Below are positions 37,067 through 47,122 of a DNA stretch of 64,000 nt, piece after piece. Made by a program: the position numbers and the translations under genes. Position 1 is the stretch's first letter. Every line of letters starts with the position of its first letter. The notes beneath the pieces were generated by a model. The model was not told where the DNA came from, made no database searches, and saw nothing but the letters and a program-made list of their open reading frames with translations. The stretch is from NCBI GenBank assembly GCA_963826125.1, contig CAWGVV010000001.1:1232635-1296634 (forward strand). Direction: 5' to 3'. This DNA comes from an uncultured delta proteobacterium (GTDB lineage Bacteria; Desulfobacterota; Desulfarculia; JACQYL01; CAWGVV01).

Positions 37067-37132
37067 GACGCGGCATTTTGAGGTTCCGCCGGGCGACGGT
37101 GTCGGGCGGGCCCCACACCGTTTCGCTGGCTT

Positions 37133-37822
37133 TCACTCCTCCTTCAGCCGGTATCCCACGCCCGGAACCGTTTTGATGTACGCACCGCAGGGGCCGAGCT
37201 TGCGTCGCAACCCCACGATCTGCACGTCCACCGCCCGTTCTTCTACCGCGTAGTCGAGCCCGTGCACCGCATCCAATATCTGGCCGCGGGTGAATACCCA
37301 GCCCGGACGGCGTGCCAGAATGAGCAGAATCTGGTACTGCGTCGCCGTGAGGCTCACCTTTTCGTTCCGGACCGTCACTTCGTGCTGATTGAGGTCGAGG
37401 GCCAGGTCGTTGATCCGGATGACTGAGCCTTCGTCCCCTTCCGCGTAATACCGGCGGCGCAGAACGGCTTTCACGCGTGCCGTGAGAATACGCGGGCTGA
37501 AGGGCTTGACGATGTAATCGTCCGCCCCCAGTTCCAGCCCCGCCACCACATCGGCTTCCTCGCCCCGCGCGGAAAGCATGATGATGGGAATGCCCCCGGT
37601 GGAGGCGTCTTTCTTCAGCACCTTGGTGATCTCGAGACCGTTCACGTCCGGAAGCATGATGTCGAGAACGATCAGATCGGGCTTGTCCTTCTTTACGGTC
37701 TTGAGCGCTTCTTCGCCCGAGGCCACGCACGTCACGTGATATCCTTCCCGTTCCAGGTTGTACCGGACGAGTTCGAGGATATCCTCTTCATCATCGATTA
37801 CAAGTATTCTATCGGCAGGCAT
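37133..37822 (-). CDS. OmpR/PhoB-family response regulator (PhoB-like)
   Basis: GLELGADDYIVKPFSP, ERAVDVQIVGLRRKL, IKTVPGVGY; next to phoU. Confidence 0.88.
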   Translation of the reverse strand: MPADRILVIDDEEDILELVRYNLEREGYHVTCVASGEEALKTVKKDKPDLIVLDIMLPDVNGLEITKVLKKDASTGGIPIIMLSARGEEADVVAGLELGADDYIVKPFSPRILTARVKAVLRRRYYAEGDEGSVIRINDLALDLNQHEVTVRNEKVSLTATQYQILLILARRPGWVFTRGQILDAVHGLDYAVEERAVDVQIVGLRRKLGPCGAYIKTVPGVGYRLKEE

Positions 37823-38085
37823 AGGAGTGGATTCGAGAAACTTCTCCTCCGTTGAATAGTATGTGTGGATATTTTCCCACCGTAATATTTCCCCGTTCCG
37901 CATTCAAGTCGATTCTTCATCCCCACTCCATCCTACCGGATACCCGAACCCGTTACAACCGTCCGACTCGTTCGGCGCTTTCCTCCGCCATTGGACATCC
38001 GGTCGGTGACGTGCTAGGTTTTCCGTTCCTGAAAAGGCGCACAAAAAGCGCGCCCCGGCGGCCTAACCCGGACGAAAGGAACACG

Positions 38086-38802
38086 GTGCCCGAACGGATT
38101 CGGAAACAACCCGCTATAAGCGGCAGAGCAAAACGGTTGGGCATCCTCTGCCTGATGGTGCTTCCGGCGGCGCTGCTTCTGACGGCGGTCCAGGTGGCGG
38201 CCCTCAGATTTGTCGACCCGCCCTTCACTGCTCCCATGGTGTGGCATCGGCTTTCGACGCTCGTTTCCGGTGCCCCCTACCAGCGTCCCCTGTACGTCTG
38301 GAGAGACCTCGAAGCCATCTCGCCTTCCCTGAGAAAAGCGGTACAAGCCGCCGAAGACCAGCGGTTCCTGGATCACTTCGGCTTCGATTTCGTGGAAATG
38401 GCCAAGTCTCTGGAAGATTACGCGGAAGGAGAACGCCTCCGGGGGGCCAGCACCATTACCATGCAGACCGCCCGTTCCGTGTTCCTGTGGAACGGCAGGA
38501 GCTATGTCAGGAAAGCGTTGGAGGGTTGGTACACGCTTCTGCTTGAGCTGATGCTGAGCAAGCGGCGGATACTGGAAGTCTATCTCAACACGGTGGACTG
38601 GGGAGACGACGTTTACGGCGCCCAGGGTGCGGCCCGGACCTATTTCCACACCGACGCCGACAACCTTTCCGCATACCGCGCGGCCCTGCTGGCCGCCGTG
38701 CTCCCCAACCCGCACAAGTGGTCCCCCGCCCGCCCTACACGTTACCTGCGCGGCAGGCTGCAGAGGATACTGCGCGACATGCCGTCCATGCCCGCGTTCT
38801 GA
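38086..38802 (+). CDS. mtgA: Monofunctional peptidoglycan transglycosylase
   Basis: AAEDQRFLDHFGFD, RGASTITMQTA, RKALE, KRRILEVYLN, LPNP. Confidence 0.9.
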   Translation: MPERIRKQPAISGRAKRLGILCLMVLPAALLLTAVQVAALRFVDPPFTAPMVWHRLSTLVSGAPYQRPLYVWRDLEAISPSLRKAVQAAEDQRFLDHFGFDFVEMAKSLEDYAEGERLRGASTITMQTARSVFLWNGRSYVRKALEGWYTLLLELMLSKRRILEVYLNTVDWGDDVYGAQGAARTYFHTDADNLSAYRAALLAAVLPNPHKWSPARPTRYLRGRLQRILRDMPSMPAF

Positions 38803-38886
38803 TTTTCCCCCTCTCCGATCCGTATTGATAGTGGGGAGGTTTTCTCCTACAGTCACTCCGCGAACCCACGTGAAAGGAGCCTTTTC

Positions 38887-40167
38887 GTGGCAAAGGATTC
38901 AGCGGGAAAAGAAGCTCTTCAGTACCGGTACATCATCTGCCTCCTCATTTTCCTCAGCTACATAATGGTCTTCTTTCACCGGCTGTGTCCGGCGGTCATC
39001 GCCCTGGACGTTCAGCAGACGTTTCAGTTGAGCGGTCCGCTCCTGGGGGCGCTCGGGTCGGCCTATTTCTACCCGTACGCGATCATGCAGATTCCCGTGG
39101 GACTCCTTTGCGATTCCTGGGGGCCGCGAAAAGCGGTTTCCGCGTTTCTCCTGCTGGCCGCGGGTGGGTCGGTGCTCATGGGGCTGGCCCCCACCGTGGA
39201 GTGGGCCATCGTCGGCCGCATCCTGGTGGGTTTCGGGGTTTCAACCATCTTCGTGGCGAATTTCAAGGTGCTCGCCGAATGGTTCAAGCCGCGCGAATTC
39301 GTCGTGATGGGGGGGATATTCATGGCCATGGGCGGGCTCGGCGCGCTGACGGCCAGCACCCCCATGGCATGGCTCAGCGTATCCCTGGGGTGGCGCATGA
39401 CGTTGGTGACCATCGGCGCGGCCACCCTGGTGCTGGCGGTGCTGGATTATCTGTTCATCCGGGACAGCCCCCGCGACATGGGGCTTCCGCCGTTGATCCA
39501 CATCACCGACGGCCGGCGCGAACCGGAATATACGTTGTGGGAGGGGATAAAGCTGGTCGTCACGTCCGGAAGATCGTGGCCCCTTTCCATCTGGGCCTTT
39601 TTCTGCACCGGCATCTCGTTCGCCCTGGGAGGCTTGTGGGGCGGCCCCTACCTCATGGAAGTCTACGGCATGACCAAGCCGCAGGCCGGAAACGTCCTTT
39701 CCATGTTCGCTCTGGCCCTCATTTTCGGGGCCCCGTTCCTCGGGTGGGCCGTCAACCGTTGGGGAAGGAAACCCATTTTCATTGCCTGCAGCATCACGCT
39801 CATTGCGGTCTTCCTGGTCTTCACGCTCTTCACCGCACAGCTGCCCACGTACCTGCTCTACGTGCTCTGGTTCACTCTCAGCCTGGCAGGTGCGGCCATG
39901 GGGCCCATCACGGCCACGGTTTCCAAGGAACTTTTCCCCGTCACCATTGCCGGCACCTCGGTGGGCACCGTGAATATGTTCCCCTTCATCGGTGCGGCGC
40001 TGTTCCAGATCGCCACCGGCTCCCTCCTGGCGGGAGACGGCACGTCCGCGGCCTACTCCGTTGCGGGTTTCCAGAACATGTTTCTCATGTTCCTCGTCGG
40101 AGCGGTGATTTCGCTGGGGGCCGCTTTTCTCCTCAGGGAAACGCTGGATTCGGCCCGACGTTCATGA
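38887..40167 (+). CDS. MFS transporter
   Basis: About 12 hydrophobic segments; GLLCDSWGPRK motif A. Confidence 0.9.
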   Translation: MAKDSAGKEALQYRYIICLLIFLSYIMVFFHRLCPAVIALDVQQTFQLSGPLLGALGSAYFYPYAIMQIPVGLLCDSWGPRKAVSAFLLLAAGGSVLMGLAPTVEWAIVGRILVGFGVSTIFVANFKVLAEWFKPREFVVMGGIFMAMGGLGALTASTPMAWLSVSLGWRMTLVTIGAATLVLAVLDYLFIRDSPRDMGLPPLIHITDGRREPEYTLWEGIKLVVTSGRSWPLSIWAFFCTGISFALGGLWGGPYLMEVYGMTKPQAGNVLSMFALALIFGAPFLGWAVNRWGRKPIFIACSITLIAVFLVFTLFTAQLPTYLLYVLWFTLSLAGAAMGPITATVSKELFPVTIAGTSVGTVNMFPFIGAALFQIATGSLLAGDGTSAAYSVAGFQNMFLMFLVGAVISLGAAFLLRETLDSARRS

Positions 40168-40304
40168 AAAAATGACCTGCAATCCCCCCACCTTCGGCAC
40201 CCCCTCAATCGAGGGGGCAGGGGGAGCTTTGCAGGGGCACGACACGAGAAATCCTTATAACCACATGCGAGAAAAAGGTTTCCGTCCGTGAGGCCGGTGA
40301 TAGT

Positions 40305-41243
40305 TCACGGCTTTTTCTTCCGTTCCTTTTCGGCCAGGGAAAACGCCTGAAACATGGGGAGGTATGCCGCCGTGGCGCTGGGAAACTCACGGGCGCCCTC
40401 CAGTGAAGCGATACAGGCCATTTGGGCCGCGACTTCCTCGGCCGAGGGAATCTCCTCTTTTCCGATGACGGCGATCTCCCTGCCCGTAACGATGGCGGCA
40501 CGATTGTAAACTCCCGGACCGGCGTTGAAGATCATCCCGTTCTCGGCGCATGCGGAGGAACAAAGATACGCCACCAGCGGTGCCGCATATTCCGGTTTCA
40601 GCTTGTCCATCAACTGGGAAGGCAAAATCCCCTCCGTCATGCGGGTGGCCGCGATGGGTGCGACGCAGTTGAATTTAATGTTGTACTTGTCGTTTTCCAA
40701 CCGCAGGGAGTTCATGAGCCCCACGAGTCCCAGCTTGGCCGCGGAATAGTTGGTCTGGCCGAAGTTGCCGTACAGCCCGGCCGCCGATGTCGCGAACACG
40801 ACCCTGCCGTACCCGGCCGCCCTCATGGCTACCACTGCGGGACGGGTGACGTTATAGGCCCCGTTCAGGTGCACGTCCACCACCGCCGTCCAGCCGTCGG
40901 GTTCCATTTTGGCGAAGCTTTTGTCGCGAAGAATTCCGGCGTTGTTGATGAGAATGTCCACCCTGCCGAACCGGGAAAGGGCGGTATCGATGATGGCCTT
41001 TCCGCCTCCGGGGGTGGTCACGGAATCATAACTGGCCGACGCCTCTCCCCCCAGTCCTCGGATTTCCTCCACCACCGCATCCGCCGCAAAGGAACCGGAG
41101 CCCGATCCGTCCCTTGCTCCGCCCAGGTCGTTTACCACCACCCCGGCCCCTCTTCCGGCCAGTTCGAGAGCGTACACTCTGCCCAGCCCGCCCCCGGCTC
41201 CGGTCACCACCGCCACCTGTCCGTCAAAACGTATCGGCGTCAT
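40305..41243 (-). CDS. SDR oxidoreductase (hydroxyacyl-CoA dehydrogenase, MFE-2-like)
   Basis: TGAGGGLG, VVNDLGG, NNAGILRD, GNFGQTNYSAAK. Confidence 0.9.
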   Translation of the reverse strand: MTPIRFDGQVAVVTGAGGGLGRVYALELAGRGAGVVVNDLGGARDGSGSGSFAADAVVEEIRGLGGEASASYDSVTTPGGGKAIIDTALSRFGRVDILINNAGILRDKSFAKMEPDGWTAVVDVHLNGAYNVTRPAVVAMRAAGYGRVVFATSAAGLYGNFGQTNYSAAKLGLVGLMNSLRLENDKYNIKFNCVAPIAATRMTEGILPSQLMDKLKPEYAAPLVAYLCSSACAENGMIFNAGPGVYNRAAIVTGREIAVIGKEEIPSAEEVAAQMACIASLEGAREFPSATAAYLPMFQAFSLAEKERKKKP

Positions 41244-41752
41244 CGCTTTGCCTCCCGTCAGGTTCGCTTCCGTCCTGTCCCATACCGGACGCGTGCTGCC
41301 GCCGCCCGTGTCCGGCGTTCGCCTCGAAAAGCCCGCCGTGCGCACGCTCCGCACCTGCGGAACCGTTCTGTCTGCGCGAATGGGTACACGACGATACGTT
41401 CACTATTCTCAACGGGAAGCTGTGCGTCAACGAAAATATTCGGGGTCGATACATGATGAAGGTTTGTCGCAAGGAAGACGTTCCGCGCGCGGGCGCCCCT
41501 CGCGGAATAGTAGGGAGGGATCGCGGAAACCGTCTCCGTACCAACGTTCGGGTATTGACAATGTGTTCGTTACGCGGAACTATGTATACTCACAATATCC
41601 GTTTATCCCGGATAAGAAATGAAGATTTTTTTCTCGCGCGGAAGCGATCCCCGTCACCGGATCGGGGGTGACCGGCAGACACTGCCGCTGACTGAAATTC
41701 CTTGACAGCAGTCGTATCCTGTGCAAGAAACATTTTTCACAAGGGGGAACAT

Positions 41753-42625
41753 ATGAGCTTCCAGAAGCGTTTGGCATCAGGAGAATTCGTTGTCCTCGCC
41801 GAGATGGACGTCCCCAAGGGAGTCGACATCTCTACCCTTGTATCCAATGTACGAAAGGTCAAAGGCCGCGTCGATGCCGTGGTGATTCCCGACATGAGCA
41901 ACGGCGTCATGAAAATGAGCGGTCTGGGAGCCAGTGTGCTGATGCAGCAGCAGGGTGTGGAAGCGGTCATGCAGATGTGCTGCAGGGACCGAAACCGCAT
42001 TGCGCTGCAGGGCGATCTGCTCTCCGCTCACGTTCTCGGTGTTCAGAACATCATTGCGGTGAAGGGCGACGATCTTTCCCAGGGAGATCAGATAGACGCC
42101 AAGCCCGTTGAGGATATCGACGAACTCGGACTCCTGGAAGCCATCCGGTCCATGCAGTCCGGCAAGGATCTCGCCGGTATCGAATTGAGCGGCAGCCCCT
42201 CCTTCACCGTGGGGTGCGTAATGCCTCCGGTCGCGGACGACGCGGCCCTGACGACGGAATTGGACCGCGCAAAAATGAAGATCGACGCGGGAGCGTCTTT
42301 CGTGATCGCTCCCCCGGTGTTCGACGCCGGAGACTTCGACGCTTTCCTCGCCAAGGCGAAGGGGCTCGGCGTACCGGTGATTCCCACCGTCTACCTTTTA
42401 AAGTCCGTGGGCATGGCCCGCTACATGAACACCAATATCCCCGGCATGCACGTGTCTGAAAATATTATTAAACGAATCCGTCAATCTTCGGATCGAGTAC
42501 ATGAGTGTGTGGTGATTGCCGGAGAGACGACAAAGGCGTTGAAAAAACACGCCCAGGGTGTGTATATCGTTACTCTCGGATGGGAATTCCGACTTCCCGC
42601 CATTCTGGACATCGCAGGAATCTGA
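41753..42625 (+). CDS. Methylenetetrahydrofolate reductase paralogue (divergent MetF)
   Basis: CRDRNRIALQGDL, NIIAVKGD, KIDAGASF; canonical QTQ replaced by IAP. Confidence 0.82.
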   Translation: MSFQKRLASGEFVVLAEMDVPKGVDISTLVSNVRKVKGRVDAVVIPDMSNGVMKMSGLGASVLMQQQGVEAVMQMCCRDRNRIALQGDLLSAHVLGVQNIIAVKGDDLSQGDQIDAKPVEDIDELGLLEAIRSMQSGKDLAGIELSGSPSFTVGCVMPPVADDAALTTELDRAKMKIDAGASFVIAPPVFDAGDFDAFLAKAKGLGVPVIPTVYLLKSVGMARYMNTNIPGMHVSENIIKRIRQSSDRVHECVVIAGETTKALKKHAQGVYIVTLGWEFRLPAILDIAGI

Positions 42626-42950
42626 ACGGACGTCGCACCATGCGGAACGCGGGGTTTCCCCCCCACGCCGGTGGTGCGGTCGCGTGCCGTCACGGGCATC
42701 GCCGGCGAATCCCTGAACAGCTTTTCCTCCGGTCTGTCTATAGTAAGGATGCGGCTGTTTTTTGTTTGCCTCCCTGCGGAAATGACGAGAGTAACTACGG
42801 CAAAAGCAGTTTGAAGCACGAATACATTCCGTACAATGTGGCGCTTATCGGGAACTGTTGACAAGGACCCTTTCCGGCCGCGTAGCATGGGAAATCCGGA
42901 AAATCCGCCGTCGGTTCCCCCCAACGAAAAGAACAATCAGGTAACTATCC

Positions 42951-45900
42951 ATGGATTTTGAAGAACATTCAGGCAAAGGCAATACGGTTCTGGTTATCGG
43001 AGGCGGCGTCGCCGGCATCAAGGCGTCGCTGGACCTCGCCGAAATGGGCAGAAACGTGGTACTCGTGGACAAGGCTCCGGCCATCGGGGGGCTGATGACC
43101 CTTTTGGACAGGACCTTCCCCACCAACAACTGCGACATGTGCACCATTTCTCCACATCTGGCTGCGAGCAACCGGGAGCTGCAAATCGACCTGCAGACCC
43201 TTTCCCAGGTGGAAAAGGTGGACGGAGAGGCGGGGAACTTCACCGTTACGGTGAAGACCAGTCCGCGCTACATCGATCTCGAAACGTGTACCGCTTGCGG
43301 CGACTGCCATAAACAGTTTCCCGAATGCGTGAGTTTCACTCCGGGGCTGGACGCCCGCGCTCCCACCTGCATGCGGTATCCGCAGGCTACCCCCTATGCC
43401 TTTTCCATCGACAAGGAGAAAGTGACCGATCCCGAGGCCCTCACCAAGGTGTGCCCGTTCGGTGCCATCAATCTCGAACAGGTCGAAACGGTGCGGGACA
43501 TCGAAGTCGGTTCCGTGATCGTGGCCGGGGGCGCTACGCTCTTCGATGCGGACCGGTTGCACAATTACGGCCATGCCGAGTATCCGAACGTCGTGACCGG
43601 GCTCGAGTACGAACGGATCATGTCCGCGTCCGGCCCCACGGGGGGATCGCTGGTCCGTCCGTCCGACAACAAACAACCGCAGAAGATCGCCTGGATCCAG
43701 TGCGCCGGTTCCCGCAACACCGGGAAGGACACCCTGCCCTACTGTTCGAGCGCGTGCTGCATGTACGCCCTCAAGGAAGCCATGGTCACCAAGGAGCGCT
43801 TCCAGAACGACATCGAAACCGTGATCTTCTACATGGATATGAGGACCTTCGGCAAGGATTACGAACTCTACCTGCAACGGGCCAAGGACGATTTCCACGT
43901 CCGGTTGGTGCGCAGTCGTCCCCATACGGTCGAACAGCACGCCGACAGCGGCGATCTTACCATCGCGTACACGCTGGACGGGTCCAGCAAGCCGGTGGTG
44001 GAGACGTTCGACATGGTGGTACTCTCCACCGGGTTTTGTACCACGCCCGAATTTGTCGACCTTTCCAAAAAGCTGGGGATCGAACTCAATAAATACAACT
44101 TCGTGCAGACCACGAGCTTTGAGCCCGTGGCGTCCTCCAAGAAGGGCGTCTACGTCTGCGGCCTGGTGGAAGCTCCCAAGGACATCCCGGAAACCATTGT
44201 CCAAGCCAGCGCTGCCGCGGCCAAGGCGGTCGGCCATCTAGCCGGCATCGGGGAAAAAGTGCAGCCGAGGGAAGAATTCCCGCCGGAACGCGACGTCACC
44301 GGCGAGGACCCGCGCATCGGCGTATTCCTCTGCGATTGTGGTTACAACATCGGCGGCGTCATCGACGTGAACGCGGTCAACGAGTACGCCGGTATTCTGC
44401 CCAATGTTGCGGTGGCCGAAATGGTGGGACACGGGTGCAGCATCGACGCCATGGAGCACATCCAGCAGACCATCCTGGACAAGAAACTCAACCGGGTGGT
44501 CATGGCGGCCTGTTCCCCGCGCACCCACGAGATGAAGTTTCAGGACATGATCCGCAATGTTGGGCTCAATAAATATCTGGTCGAAATGGCCAACCTGCGC
44601 GACCAGGACACCTGGGTGCATCAGAACGATCCCAAGGCAGCCACGGACAAAGCCAAGGACCTCGTCCGCATGGCGGTTGCCGGTTCCATGATGGCCCATC
44701 CGCTGCCGGACAACACGCTGCCCATGAACAAGAACATCCTGGTGGTCGGCGGCGGCGTCGCGGGCATGAACGCGGCCCTCAGCCTGGGCGACCGGGGGTA
44801 CAAGGTGCACTTGGTGGAACGGTCCAGGGAACTGGGCGGCTTGGCCAGGCTCATCCACAAGACCATCCAGGGCGAAAACGTTCCGGAATACGTATCCGCA
44901 CTCGTTGAACGGGTGAAGTCCAACGAGAACATAGAAGTCGTCACCAACGCGGTGGTGGTGGATCACACGGGTATCCCCGGCCGGTTCAGGACGGGCCTCC
45001 AGATCGGCCCCCAGATGTACTACCGGCAGATCGATCACGGCGTAACCATTCTGGCCACGGGCGCCATGCCCAACAGGCCGTCGGAATACCTCCTGGGACA
45101 GCACGGCGCGGTCATGAACCAGCTCGACCTCGACGGACTGCTCGAAGACGATGCGGAGAAGATCAAAAGCTGGCAGAACGTCGTCATGGTCCAGTGCGTG
45201 GGTTCCCGTGTACCGGAAAACCCCAATTGTTCGCGCATCTGCTGCCAGTCGGCAGTCAAGAATGCTTTGCGCATCAAGGCGCTCAATCCCGACGCCCAGA
45301 TTTTCATCCTCTATCGCGACATGCGTACCTACGGTTTCCTGGAGGATTACTACCGGGAAGCGCGGGAAAAGGGCGTCGTGTTCGTGCGCTACAGCACGGA
45401 CGCCAAACCGACGGTTGAACCCGACGGCAACGGGTTGTCGGTGATGTTCCGCGAACCCCTGCTGGACCGCGACATTCAGGTTGCCGCGGACGCTTTGGTG
45501 CTAAGCACCGGATTCGTGGCCGACGATGAAATGACCGAAGACCTGGCGGCGATTTTCCGCCTGCCCCGCACCCTGGACGGCTACTTCCTGGAAGACCACG
45601 TGAAGCTGCGTCCGGTTGACGTTTCCGTTCCCGGCTTCTTCATCGCCGGTACGGCTCACGCTCCCAAGTCCATCCGGGAGAGCATCTCCCAGGGACTGGC
45701 TACCGCGGCCCGAGCCCAGACCCTGCTCAACAAGGACGTCATCAATCTCGGCTCCGTGGTGGCGCGGGTGGACGGCAACAAGTGCGCGGCGTGCCTGATA
45801 TGCGTAAGGGCCTGTCCATTCGACGTACCCTTCATCAACGCGGACGGCTATTCGGAAATCGACCCGTCGGAATGTCGGGGCTGCGGCATCTGCGCGGCGG

Positions 45901-45989
45901 AGTGTCCGGCCAAGGCCATTCAGCTCCTGCAGTTTGAAGACGACAAAATCATGGCCAAACTCGAAGGACTTCTGGAAGGAATACTCTGA
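42951..45989 (+). CDS. hdrA: Large heterodisulfide reductase subunit A-like flavoprotein (two FAD modules, ferredoxin motifs)
   Basis: GGGVAG twice, DRTFPTNNC, QCAGSR..CSSACC, QCVGSR..CSRICC, terminal CxxCxxCxxxCP pairs. Confidence 0.9.
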   Translation: MDFEEHSGKGNTVLVIGGGVAGIKASLDLAEMGRNVVLVDKAPAIGGLMTLLDRTFPTNNCDMCTISPHLAASNRELQIDLQTLSQVEKVDGEAGNFTVTVKTSPRYIDLETCTACGDCHKQFPECVSFTPGLDARAPTCMRYPQATPYAFSIDKEKVTDPEALTKVCPFGAINLEQVETVRDIEVGSVIVAGGATLFDADRLHNYGHAEYPNVVTGLEYERIMSASGPTGGSLVRPSDNKQPQKIAWIQCAGSRNTGKDTLPYCSSACCMYALKEAMVTKERFQNDIETVIFYMDMRTFGKDYELYLQRAKDDFHVRLVRSRPHTVEQHADSGDLTIAYTLDGSSKPVVETFDMVVLSTGFCTTPEFVDLSKKLGIELNKYNFVQTTSFEPVASSKKGVYVCGLVEAPKDIPETIVQASAAAAKAVGHLAGIGEKVQPREEFPPERDVTGEDPRIGVFLCDCGYNIGGVIDVNAVNEYAGILPNVAVAEMVGHGCSIDAMEHIQQTILDKKLNRVVMAACSPRTHEMKFQDMIRNVGLNKYLVEMANLRDQDTWVHQNDPKAATDKAKDLVRMAVAGSMMAHPLPDNTLPMNKNILVVGGGVAGMNAALSLGDRGYKVHLVERSRELGGLARLIHKTIQGENVPEYVSALVERVKSNENIEVVTNAVVVDHTGIPGRFRTGLQIGPQMYYRQIDHGVTILATGAMPNRPSEYLLGQHGAVMNQLDLDGLLEDDAEKIKSWQNVVMVQCVGSRVPENPNCSRICCQSAVKNALRIKALNPDAQIFILYRDMRTYGFLEDYYREAREKGVVFVRYSTDAKPTVEPDGNGLSVMFREPLLDRDIQVAADALVLSTGFVADDEMTEDLAAIFRLPRTLDGYFLEDHVKLRPVDVSVPGFFIAGTAHAPKSIRESISQGLATAARAQTLLNKDVINLGSVVARVDGNKCAACLICVRACPFDVPFINADGYSEIDPSECRGCGICAAECPAKAIQLLQFEDDKIMAKLEGLLEGIL

Positions 45990-46432
45990 TGGAACCATTT
46001 GAACCGGTAATCGTGGCCTTTTGCTGCCATTACTGCGCCTATACGGCGGCGGATATGGCGGGCAGTATGAGGCTGTGTTACCCGCCCAACGTCAAGATCA
46101 TCCGTGTGCCCTGCACGGGCAAGGTGGACGCCATCCATATCCTGCGGGCCCTGCAAAAAGGCGCCGACGGCGTTTACGTAGCGGGATGCCTGGAAGGCGA
46201 CTGCCATTTCAAGGACGGCAACCTGCGCGCAAAACGGCGGGTTGAGTATGTCCAAAAAATACTGGACGATATCGGCATCGGAAGCGAGCGTGTGGAGATG
46301 ATCACCATGTCGGCGGGAATGGGACAGCTCTTCGCCGACAGCGCCACCCGTTTTACGGAGAAAATCCGTTTGCTCGGGCCGAATCCGGTCAAGAACTATA
46401 CGGCCCGGCAGGCCACGGTAGCGGTCGGCTAA
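45989..46432 (+). CDS. mvhD: MvhD/FlpD [2Fe-2S] subunit
   Basis: FCCHYCAYTAAD, RVPCTGKVD, GADGV..GC..GDCHF..GN. Confidence 0.92.
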   Translation: MEPFEPVIVAFCCHYCAYTAADMAGSMRLCYPPNVKIIRVPCTGKVDAIHILRALQKGADGVYVAGCLEGDCHFKDGNLRAKRRVEYVQKILDDIGIGSERVEMITMSAGMGQLFADSATRFTEKIRLLGPNPVKNYTARQATVAVG

Positions 46433-46453
46433 CAAGGCGATAAGGAGTCAGCT

Positions 46454-47122
46454 ATGATTACGGCTGTACGAAAACCCATGGAAGAAATCATTGCATACGT
46501 GAAGCCCTACCAGAGGATTCTGCTGGTGGGCTGCAACGAATGCGTAACGGTCTGCGCGGCCGGCGGCAGGAAGGAAGTCGGAATCCTCTCCTCTGCCCTG
46601 CAGATGGCGTTCCTCAAGGAAGGCAAGCGGCTGGAGGTCACGGAACACACGTTGGAACGGCAGTGCGATCCCGAATATGTGGAAGAACTGGTTTCCATGA
46701 TCGATCGCGCGGACGCGGTGGTGTCGATCGCCTGCGGGTGCGGCGTGCAGGAAGTGGCGCGAAGATTCAAGGAGAAGCCGGTGTTCCCCGGAGTCAACAC
46801 GACCTTCATGGGCGCGTCCGAGCGTCAGGGCGTGTGGGCCGAAAGGTGCCAGGGATGCGGAAACTGTCTTCTGGGCGTTACGGGCGGCGTCTGTCCCGTG
46901 GCTCGGTGTTCCAAGCGCATCTTCAACGGCCCCTGCGGAGGCTCCACCAAGGGCAAGTGTGAGGTAAGCCCGGACATCGACTGCGCATGGCAGCTGATCT
47001 GGGACCGGATGGTAGCCCTGAACATGGTGGACACGTACGAAAACATCGTCGAAGCCAGAGACTGGAGAACCAGTCGTGACGGCGGACCGAGAAAAATCAT
47101 CAGAGAGGACTTAGCACAGTGA
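46454..47122 (+). CDS. metV: MetV (methylene-THF reductase small/Fe-S subunit)
   Basis: GCNECVTVC, ERQCDPE, CQGCGNC...CPVARCSK..NGPCGG..GKCEV..CAW. Confidence 0.9.
   Translation: MITAVRKPMEEIIAYVKPYQRILLVGCNECVTVCAAGGRKEVGILSSALQMAFLKEGKRLEVTEHTLERQCDPEYVEELVSMIDRADAVVSIACGCGVQEVARRFKEKPVFPGVNTTFMGASERQGVWAERCQGCGNCLLGVTGGVCPVARCSKRIFNGPCGGSTKGKCEVSPDIDCAWQLIWDRMVALNMVDTYENIVEARDWRTSRDGGPRKIIREDLAQ

Noticed and set aside
41720-41743. Possible Rex operator before the metF paralogue
   Set aside because: Only the TTCACAA half-site matches TTGTGAA-N4-TTCACAA.
42951-46432. Selenocysteine readthrough in hdrA/mvhD
   Set aside because: Both frames are open with Cys at the relevant motifs; the TGA ending hdrA overlaps the mvhD start as ordinary coupling.
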